Assembly (NCBI GenBank): GCA_963707215.1
Contig: CAVPPB010000001.1
Span: 224,001 to 288,000 of the forward strand
DNA length: 64,000 nucleotides
From: an uncultured Chloroflexia bacterium
GTDB taxonomy: Bacteria > Chloroflexota > Limnocylindria > Limnocylindrales > CSP1-4
Direction of reading: 5' to 3'
Part shown: in pieces, positions 56,704 through 64,000 of the stretch
Numbering within the stretch: position 1 is the stretch's first letter
Layout: the number at the start of each line of letters is the position of its first letter
Notes under the pieces: model-generated
Told to the model about the DNA's origin: nothing
The model's input: only the letters and a program-made list of their open reading frames with translations
The model's database searches: none
Program-made: the position numbers and the translations under genes

Positions 56704-56787
56704 TGATGCCCACCCGAGCGCTCCCTCCCCTGGCATCCCGGGAGCGCCTGTCCCTTGCGGCGGGCCGCGATCACTGAAGGGAGCACG

Positions 56788-57573
56788 ATGAGCCAGCTCG
56801 ACATGTTCAGCCTGGAGGGGCGCGTCGCCCTGGTCCCCGGAGGTGGCGGCGCGATCGGCTCGGCGATGGCGGCCGCGATGGCCGGAGCCGGGGCCCGGGT
56901 CGCGGTGGTCGACGTCACCCAGGAGCGGGCCGACGAGGCGGCCGAGCTGGTCTCGAGGGCCGGGTCGGAGGCGCTCGCCCTGTCCGGGGACATGACCCAG
57001 GAGGCCGAGTGCGAGCGGATCGTCGCCGCGACGGTCGAGCGCTTCGGGCGGGTCGACATCATCTTCAACGCCGTCGGAGGCGGGGCCGGCAAGGTCCTCT
57101 TCGATGCCCAGGACTACCCCCGCGACGCCTGGGACTGGATCATGGAGCTCAACGTCCGGAGCACCCTGCTGGCGACCCAGGCCGCCGTCCGCCAGATGAT
57201 CGCCCAGGGCCACGGCGGCAGGGTCATCAACATCTCCTCGGTCCGGGCGTCGCTGGGCATCAACGCCGGCTACTCGGCGTACGTCGCCGCCAAGGGTGCG
57301 ATCAGCTCGCTGACCCGCCAGTGGGCGACCGAGTGGGCCAAGCACGGGATCAACGTCAACGCGATCGCCCCGACCTTCGTGGACACGCCGCAGGTCGCGA
57401 TGCTCCTCGACGACCCCGACTTCAAGGCCAGCATCGTCAGCCGCATCCCGCTGGGTCGGGTCGGCGGGACGCAGGACCTGGCCGGCGCGGTCCTCTTCTT
57501 CGCCTCCGATGCCTCGTCCTTCGTGACCGGGCAGATCCTAGGCGTCGACGGCGGGCTGACAGCGACCCAGTAG
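56788..57573 (+). CDS. Short-chain dehydrogenase/reductase
   Basis: PGGGGAIG, NISS, YVAAK (YxxxK) and VNAIAP motifs. Confidence 0.9.
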   Translation: MSQLDMFSLEGRVALVPGGGGAIGSAMAAAMAGAGARVAVVDVTQERADEAAELVSRAGSEALALSGDMTQEAECERIVAATVERFGRVDIIFNAVGGGAGKVLFDAQDYPRDAWDWIMELNVRSTLLATQAAVRQMIAQGHGGRVINISSVRASLGINAGYSAYVAAKGAISSLTRQWATEWAKHGINVNAIAPTFVDTPQVAMLLDDPDFKASIVSRIPLGRVGGTQDLAGAVLFFASDASSFVTGQILGVDGGLTATQ

Positions 57574-57586
57574 CAAGGAGGCTCTC

Positions 57587-58564
57587 GTGACGACCGAAGC
57601 CCTCACCTCGCGGACCGGCTCCATCGCCATGGAGCCGGTGACGCCCAACGTGTTCACGACCACGAAGCTGCGGGGCTGCAACCCGAGCTTCGTGACCACG
57701 GCCGACGGCGTCGTCGTCGTCGACACGCCGCAGCTGCCCACCAAGGCGGTGGCGATGCGACGCGAGGCGGAGTCCCACGGCCCGATCCGCTACATCGTCA
57801 ACACCGAGCACCACGTCGACCACATCTTCGGCAACTGGTTCTTCCGGGGTGCCGGCACGGTGGTCAACCACCGTGCGCTGTACGAGCGGTTCATGGTCGT
57901 CTTCCCCGAGCTCGATCCCTTCGCCTACGCGTACCAGTCGATCCCCGGGGACGATCCCATGGGGACGGACCTCGACGACCCGGAGGGCGTCGCGCTCTGG
58001 CCCGATCGCGAGGAGTACTACCGCGACCCCAATGCCGGTCGGATCGTCTTCACCGGCGACCTGACGCTTCGGGTCGGGGACCACACGTTCGACCTCCTCC
58101 ACACGCCCGGCCACACCCCCGGGCAGCTGGCCGTCCACGTGCCCGAGGAGCGGGTCGTCTTCACCGGCGACACCATCTTCTCGGGCTGCCAGACCTGGCT
58201 CATGACCTCCGACGTCGACCAGTGGCTGGCCGCCCTCGACCGGATCGCGACCCTGGACGTGGACTGGATCGTCCCGGGCCACGGCCCGGTCGTCGGCAAG
58301 GACTACCTCGACGTCCAGCGAGCCCACTTGCTGGCCTGGAAGTCGGCGGTCGCGACGGCCATCGCCAAGGGCTGGACTCGCGACGAGACCATCGCCCGGG
58401 TCGACTTCAAGGACGAGTTCGGCCCGGTCGACATCGGTCAGGGCTACATGCTCGACTACATCCAGTCCCGGAACGCTGCGGCCCTCTACGACAAGCTGAC
58501 CGGGAGCACGCCCCAGCTCACCGCTCCCGACGGCACGCCGGCGACCGCCAGCAGCGCCAGCTGA
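57587..58564 (+). CDS. Metallo-beta-lactamase-fold hydrolase
   Basis: TEHHVDH, PGHT, FTGD and VPGHG motifs. Confidence 0.88.
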   Translation: MTTEALTSRTGSIAMEPVTPNVFTTTKLRGCNPSFVTTADGVVVVDTPQLPTKAVAMRREAESHGPIRYIVNTEHHVDHIFGNWFFRGAGTVVNHRALYERFMVVFPELDPFAYAYQSIPGDDPMGTDLDDPEGVALWPDREEYYRDPNAGRIVFTGDLTLRVGDHTFDLLHTPGHTPGQLAVHVPEERVVFTGDTIFSGCQTWLMTSDVDQWLAALDRIATLDVDWIVPGHGPVVGKDYLDVQRAHLLAWKSAVATAIAKGWTRDETIARVDFKDEFGPVDIGQGYMLDYIQSRNAAALYDKLTGSTPQLTAPDGTPATASSAS

Positions 58565-58619
58565 CCCGGGCCCGGCCGTCGGCCGGGCCGACCTCGCCGC
58601 TCAGCCAGGAGGCTCCGCC

Positions 58620-59720
58620 ATGTCCGCCGAGTCAACCACCGGGTCCACAGCGACGGCTCCGTCCCTGCCGGCCACCATGTCGGCGCTCGTCGTCATCGAG
58701 CCGGGCCGCGTCGAGATCCGGGAGGTGCCGGTGCCCCAACCCGGCCCGAACGAGGTCCTGGCCCGGGTCCGGGCGGTCTCGATCTGCGGCACCGACGCCC
58801 ACCTCATCCGGGGTGACTATCCCGGCTTCTGGCCGCCGGGCTTCCCGTTCATCCCCGGACACGAGTGGGCCGGCGAGATCGTCGCCCTGGGGCCGGGCGC
58901 GGAGCGGTTCGGCTGGCGGCACGGCGACCGCGTCGCCGGCACCTCACACGACGCCTGCGGCGTCTGCCGCGAGTGCGTGGAGGGACGCTACAACCTCTGC
59001 GAGAACTACGGCCGGGAGGGGCTGCACCGCCAGTACGGCCACAACGTCCAGGGTGCCGACGCCACCTACGTCGTCCATGGCGTGAAGTGCATCTTCCCGC
59101 TGCCCGACGGCCTCTCGTTCGAGGAAGGGGCGCTCATCGACCCGGCCTCGATCGCCCTCCACGTCGCCAACCGCGGTGAGGTCTCGCCGGGCGACACCGT
59201 CGTCATCACCGGCGCCGGGGCCATCGGCCTCCTCGGCGGCGACGCCGCCCGGATCCGCGGCGCCGGTCGGGTGATCATCGTCGGCCGGGGGCAGCGACTC
59301 GCCAAGGCGACCGAGATGGGGTTCGAGACGGTGGACTCGTCAGCCGGCGACCCCGTGGCAGCCGTCCGGGCGATGACCGACGGCCTGGGAGCCGACGTCG
59401 CGCTGGAGTGCGCCGGGGTGCCCGAGACCGTCGAGTGGGCCCTCGAGATGCTCCGCCGGGGCGGCCGCTGCGCCGCCGTCGGCATCCCCACCGTCGGCGT
59501 CGAGATCGGGATGCAGAAGCTGGTCCTCGACGAGCTCGAGCTCGTCGGCTCGCGGGCCTCGGCCGGCGAGATGCGCCGGGTCATGCCCCACGTCGAGCAG
59601 GGTCGGATGCGGGTCCGCGAGCTCATCACCCACCACTTCCCGCTGGCGGACTACGAGCAGGCCCTGGCCACCTTCAACGACCGCTCGAGCGGCGCGATCA
59701 AGATCGTCGTCCAGCCCTGA
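58620..59720 (+). CDS. Zinc-dependent alcohol dehydrogenase (MDR), paralog 1
   Basis: ICGTD, GHEWAG, CGVCRECVEGRYNLC and GAGAIG motifs. Confidence 0.92.
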   Translation: MSAESTTGSTATAPSLPATMSALVVIEPGRVEIREVPVPQPGPNEVLARVRAVSICGTDAHLIRGDYPGFWPPGFPFIPGHEWAGEIVALGPGAERFGWRHGDRVAGTSHDACGVCRECVEGRYNLCENYGREGLHRQYGHNVQGADATYVVHGVKCIFPLPDGLSFEEGALIDPASIALHVANRGEVSPGDTVVITGAGAIGLLGGDAARIRGAGRVIIVGRGQRLAKATEMGFETVDSSAGDPVAAVRAMTDGLGADVALECAGVPETVEWALEMLRRGGRCAAVGIPTVGVEIGMQKLVLDELELVGSRASAGEMRRVMPHVEQGRMRVRELITHHFPLADYEQALATFNDRSSGAIKIVVQP

Positions 59721-59789
59721 GGATCGGCCGGGCGGTCGCCCCATGGCGGGCCCAGGTCGATCGCGCCGTCGCCCGCCCGCACGACCCGG

Positions 59790-60593
59790 TCAGACGACCT
59801 CGGCAACCCCGAGGGAGTAGCCGCCGTCGACGTCGATGACCGCGCCCGTCACCCAGCGACCCCCGGGCCCCGCCAGCCAGGCCACGGCCTCGGCCACGTC
59901 GCGGCCCTCCCCGACGGCCGAGAGGGCCTGCTTCCCGAAGGTCAGGCCGGCCTCGAAGCGTGATCGTTCCGCCTCCTCGCTCAGGCCGCGCAGCTCGGAC
60001 GGGATGATGCCCGGGCGGATGACGTTGACACGGATCCCCTCGCGGCCCAGGTCGAGGGCGAGCGCCCGGGTCATCGCCTCGACCGCGCCCTTGCTGGCGA
60101 CGTAGCCGAAGCGTCCCCGGGGCGGCCGGTCGACGGCCGTCGAGCCGAGGTTGACGACCATGCCCCGACTCCGACGAAGCTCCGCCAGCGCCGCGCGGGT
60201 GCAGAGGAAGACGCTCATCACGTTCGCCCGGAGCATCCCCTCGAGATCGGCCTCCGCGAGGGCGTCGATGGGTCCCTGGACCTCGCTCCCGGCATCGTTG
60301 ACGAGGACGTCAACTCCACCGAACGACTCCACTGCGGCGGCCACCATCGAGCGGGCGTCTGCGTCGCGGGTCACGTCGGCCACGTGGATGGCGACCCTGC
60401 CGGGGGCGTCAGCGAGCTCCTCTGCGAGCCGCTCGAGGCGGTCGGCCCGCCGGGCCGCACCAAGGACGTCGGCGCCCTGCCGGGCAAGGTTTCGGACGAT
60501 ATGGGCACCCAGACCGCTCGAGGCTCCGGTGACGATGATCCGACGGCCCTCGAGCGACATCTCCCCCTCCACTTCCCTTACGTCCCCGGCCAT
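59790..60593 (-). CDS. Short-chain dehydrogenase/reductase
   Basis: TGASSGLG, NDAG, YVASK and VDGG motifs. Confidence 0.9.
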   Translation of the reverse strand: MAGDVREVEGEMSLEGRRIIVTGASSGLGAHIVRNLARQGADVLGAARRADRLERLAEELADAPGRVAIHVADVTRDADARSMVAAAVESFGGVDVLVNDAGSEVQGPIDALAEADLEGMLRANVMSVFLCTRAALAELRRSRGMVVNLGSTAVDRPPRGRFGYVASKGAVEAMTRALALDLGREGIRVNVIRPGIIPSELRGLSEEAERSRFEAGLTFGKQALSAVGEGRDVAEAVAWLAGPGGRWVTGAVIDVDGGYSLGVAEVV

Positions 60594-60609
60594 GGGGCAG
60601 CGTCCTGTC

Positions 60610-62748
60610 TCAGGCTCGTCCCGCGGCGACCTCGTCAGCTCTGCTCCGCCCGGCGAGCAGGATCAGGTCCTCGTGGAGCTCGAACCAGACGCCGTGGTAG
60701 CTGTCGACCCGGGGTGAGGCGACGTAGCGGCCGTCCCCGCCCACGGCCTGGGCCGCGGCGTGGTCGAGGCGCGCCCGATAGGCGGCCAGCCTTGGCAGGC
60801 CGGGGACGAGCGATGCCAGCCAGGCGCCGGCATCAGCGTGGAGGCCGGCCAGCCGGTCCAGCACCCCGGCGTCGTACTCGGCGTCGCTGTGGTCGTTGAT
60901 GGCCTGCTCCCCGTCCACCTCGCGCATCTGCCAGGCGGTCACGGTGTCCTTCATCCGGGCATCGAGGTCGAGGAAGGCGTCGAGCGCGGTCTCGGCCCGC
61001 TCCGGGCCCCAGGCCTCGCGGTCGGCGGCGATCCGCTCGGCGCCGAGGGCCTTGCCGTCGGCGGTCAGCCGGAACATCCCACCGGCCAGCTCGGCCAGGC
61101 CGTCGGCCACGAGTCGGTCCAACAGTGCGGTCAGGTCGTCCGGGGTCGAGACGAGCGCCTGGGCCATCCCCTCGGGTGTCGCGTAGCCCTTGATGAGCAG
61201 CCCCCGGACCACGTCGTCGACGGTCGCCCGGACCGCCTCGAGCGTCGACGTGTCGGCCACGGAGTCCGCTCCGGCACCCGCGCCCGGCGGCTCGAGCTCG
61301 ATGCCGAGCTCGCTGGCCCAGCCTCGCAACACCGCCGCCTCGGGAACGATCGTGACGACTCCCGCGACGGCACCGCGGAAGACCTCGCCCGTGCCGCCGT
61401 CGATGGTGATCGTCTCACCGGCTTCCAGCGTCAGGTCGCCGATCGAGATCCGGCCCTCCCCCACCAGCAGGGCCGCGGCGCCGACGACGGCCGGGATGCC
61501 CCAGCCGCGGGCGACAACGGCGGCGTGGCTCGCCAGCCCGCCGGTCGCCGTCAGGATGCCGGCCGCGCGGGCCATGCCGTGGACGTCGTCGGGCGAGGTC
61601 TCGGAGCGGACCAGGATCACGGCCCGTCCGGCGTCGGCGGCCTCCACCGCGGCATCCGGCGTGGTGGCGATCTCCCCGCTCGCGATCCCGGGTGAGGCGG
61701 GCAGACCGGTCGCGAGGACACGGGCCGTCCCGTCGCGCTCGGCGACCGTCATCGGCGGGTCGACGAGATGGGCCGCGACGCGCTCGACGGCCTCCCGGCG
61801 CGAGAGCGGGAACGTCTCGTCCTCGGCCATGTCGAGGGCGATGCGAAGGGCGGCCTGGGGGCTGCGCTTGCCCACCCGGACCTGGAGCATCCAGAGCCGG
61901 CCCTGCTCGATGGTGAACTCGATGTCGCACAGGTCGGCGTAGTGGCGCTCCAGCCGATCGGCGTACTCGCGAAGCTCACGGGCGACGCCGGGAAGCCGCT
62001 CGTCGAGGACGGCGACCGGCTCGGTCCGATGGGTCCCGGCGACGACGTCCTCGCCCTGGGCGTCGAACATCAGGTCGCCGTAGAGCGTCGGATCACCGGT
62101 GGCCGGGTTCCTCGTGAAGAGGACGCCGGTGGCAGAGCCGGGGCCGCGGTTCCCGAAGACCATCGCCTGGACGGTCACCGCGGTCCCCAGGTCGTCGGGG
62201 ATCCCCTCGCGCTTCCGGTAGGCCCGGGCCCGATCGCTGTTCCAGGACCGGAAGACCGCCTCGACAGCGGCCCGGAGCTGGGTCCAGGGATCCGCCGGGA
62301 CCTCGTCGACGCCGACGATGTCGCGGAACATGCGGTCGAGCCGGGTCCGACAGGCCTCGGCGAACTCGGCCCCAGCGAGATCGGCCAGGCCGGCCTGGGT
62401 CGCATCGTTGAGGCCCAGGTTGAGGATCGTGTCCATCATCCCGGGCATCGACACCGGCGCGCCGGAGCGGACGCTGACGAGCAGCGGATCGGCCGGGTCG
62501 CCGAACCGGTGACCGACCGCGCCCTCGACCCGGATCATGTGCTCGCGCAGCTCGTCTTCCAGCCCCGCCGGCCAGCCCTCGGCGAGGTACTCGCGGCAGG
62601 TCCGGGTCGAGATCGTGAACCCGGGCGGTACCGGGAGCCGAAGCTCGTTGGCCATCACCGCGATGTTCGCCGCCTTGCTGCCGATGAGCGCCTTGAGCTC
62701 CGGCAGCGGCAGGTCGAAGGGGTGGTCGAGGGCGTAGACGTGGGTCAC
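60610..62748 (-). CDS. PPDK-like dikinase: ATP-grasp + His-phosphocarrier domains fused to a non-PPDK C-terminal module
   Basis: LPVPPGFTI, VSVRSGA..SMPGMMDT, QGEDVVAG, DIEFTIE..LWMLQ.R and GGLASHAAVVARG are present. No PEP/pyruvate-binding TIM barrel. Ends with SYHGVWFELHEDL. Confidence 0.85.
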   Translation of the reverse strand: MTHVYALDHPFDLPLPELKALIGSKAANIAVMANELRLPVPPGFTISTRTCREYLAEGWPAGLEDELREHMIRVEGAVGHRFGDPADPLLVSVRSGAPVSMPGMMDTILNLGLNDATQAGLADLAGAEFAEACRTRLDRMFRDIVGVDEVPADPWTQLRAAVEAVFRSWNSDRARAYRKREGIPDDLGTAVTVQAMVFGNRGPGSATGVLFTRNPATGDPTLYGDLMFDAQGEDVVAGTHRTEPVAVLDERLPGVARELREYADRLERHYADLCDIEFTIEQGRLWMLQVRVGKRSPQAALRIALDMAEDETFPLSRREAVERVAAHLVDPPMTVAERDGTARVLATGLPASPGIASGEIATTPDAAVEAADAGRAVILVRSETSPDDVHGMARAAGILTATGGLASHAAVVARGWGIPAVVGAAALLVGEGRISIGDLTLEAGETITIDGGTGEVFRGAVAGVVTIVPEAAVLRGWASELGIELEPPGAGAGADSVADTSTLEAVRATVDDVVRGLLIKGYATPEGMAQALVSTPDDLTALLDRLVADGLAELAGGMFRLTADGKALGAERIAADREAWGPERAETALDAFLDLDARMKDTVTAWQMREVDGEQAINDHSDAEYDAGVLDRLAGLHADAGAWLASLVPGLPRLAAYRARLDHAAAQAVGGDGRYVASPRVDSYHGVWFELHEDLILLAGRSRADEVAAGRA

Positions 62749-62805
62749 GGTCGGGGCATTCCTTTCGCTCGGTCGCAGGGACGAGGTTCGCCGGGCGCGC
62801 TTCGC

Positions 62806-63864
62806 CTAGGGCGCCACGATGATCTTGATGGCCCCACTCGCCGGGTCGTTGAACGTCGCCATCGCCACTTCGTAGTCGGCCAGGTCAAAGCGGTGGGTGA
62901 TGACGTCCCGGACCCGCATCCGGCCCGCGGCCACGTGGGGGATGACCCGGCGCATCTCGCCGGCCGAGGCGCGCGAGCCGACGAGCTCGAGCTCGTCGAG
63001 GACCAGGCGCTGCATCGCGATCTCTACCCCGACCGTGGGGATCCCGACCGCGGCGCAGCGGCCTCCCCGGCGGAGCATCGCCAGCGCCCACTGGACGGTG
63101 GTCGGGACCCCGGCGCACTCCAGGACGACGTCGGCGCCCAGGCCCCCGGTCATCGCCCGGACGGCCGTCACGGGATCACCCGCTCCCGGATCGACCGTCT
63201 CGAAGCCCATCTCGGCGGCCTTGGCCAGGCGGCGCTCGTTGACCTCGACGATGATGACCCGGGTCGCGCCCCGGATGTTCGAGGCGTCACCGGCCAGCAG
63301 CCCGATGGCCCCGCCGCCGGTGATGGCGACGGTGTCGCCGGGCGAGATCGCCCCGCGGTTGGCGACGTGGAGAGCGATCGAGGCGGGATCGATGACCGCG
63401 CCTTCCTCGTAGGTCAGATCGTCGGGCAGGGGGAAGACCGCCTTCACGCCGTGGACGACGTAGGTGGCGTCGGCACCCTGGACGTTGTGGCCGTACTGGC
63501 GGTGGAGCCCGGCGCGCCCATAGTTCTCGCAGAGGTTGTAGCGACCCTCCACGCACTTCTGGCAGACGCCGCAGGCGTCGTGCGAGGTGCCGGCGACGCG
63601 GTCGCCGACCTCGAACCCGAAGCGCTCCGCGCCGGGCCCCAGGGCGACGATGTCGCCGGCCCACTCGTGACCCGGGATGAAGGGGTACGAGGGCGGCCAG
63701 AAGCCCGGGTAGTCACCCCGGATGAGGTGGGCGTCGGTGCCGCAGATCGAGACGGCCTTGACCCGAGCGAGGACCTCGTTCGGGCCGGGCTCGGGGACCG
63801 GGACCTCGCGGATCTCCATCCGCCCCGGCTCGGGCAGGACCAGGGCCTGCATCGTCGAGGGCAC
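62806..63864 (-). CDS. Zinc-dependent alcohol dehydrogenase (MDR), paralog 2
   Basis: Same motifs as 58620-59720, with long stretches of identical residues. Confidence 0.92.
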   Translation of the reverse strand: MPSTMQALVLPEPGRMEIREVPVPEPGPNEVLARVKAVSICGTDAHLIRGDYPGFWPPSYPFIPGHEWAGDIVALGPGAERFGFEVGDRVAGTSHDACGVCQKCVEGRYNLCENYGRAGLHRQYGHNVQGADATYVVHGVKAVFPLPDDLTYEEGAVIDPASIALHVANRGAISPGDTVAITGGGAIGLLAGDASNIRGATRVIIVEVNERRLAKAAEMGFETVDPGAGDPVTAVRAMTGGLGADVVLECAGVPTTVQWALAMLRRGGRCAAVGIPTVGVEIAMQRLVLDELELVGSRASAGEMRRVIPHVAAGRMRVRDVITHRFDLADYEVAMATFNDPASGAIKIIVAP

Positions 63865-63876
63865 GAGGTACTCCTT

Positions 63877-64000
63877 TCAGATGATGGCCACCGGATCGAC
63901 CATGGAGCCGGTGGCTCCCCGGATCTTCAGGGGGAGGGCGACGAACAGGAACTCGTAGATCCGCTGCCTGGCCAGCTCCTCCAGGTCGAGGCTCTCCATG
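63877..64000 (-). CDS. Cyclase/kynurenine formamidase family protein, C-terminal end only
   Basis: ESLDLEELA...YEFLFVALPLKIRGATGSMVDPVAI*, the typical C-terminus of this family. Confidence 0.8.
   Translation of the reverse strand, partial: MESLDLEELARQRIYEFLFVALPLKIRGATGSMVDPVAII

Overview
Very GC-rich bacterial chromosomal window. Gene content and protein style suggest a Chloroflexota (Limnocylindria-like) organism, which is an inference only. Left to right: (1) start of the dcw cluster (mraZ-rsmH-small ORF-ftsL-like), a LysM protein, RNase P RNA and an RNase HI; (2) sdhCDAB and sucCD, then a propionyl-CoA carboxylase / methylmalonyl-CoA mutase / epimerase operon; (3) a parAB locus preceded by DnaA boxes; (4) lipid and envelope-stress genes (UbiA, PlsC, HAD, PspC, GIDE, LemA) and a large HYR-repeat surface protein; (5) a run of small membrane/secreted genes separated by a repeat, next to tRNA-Asn; (6) xfp-ackA, ktrBA and dnaG-rpoD; (7) accessory enzymes and transporters, ending in a redox/hydrolase cluster containing a truncated PPDK-like fusion. 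Three candidates stand out. First, a non-canonical 18-bp palindrome (TGTCYTTGCGCAARGACA) occurs three times around parAB, once inside parB itself, and looks like a new parS type. Second, a gene-plus-repeat cassette-like array lies beside tRNA-Asn. Third, the PPDK-like dikinase has its pyruvate-binding domain replaced by another module. Three single-base frameshifts may be sequencing errors. No database searches were run; all calls come from motifs read in the sequence.
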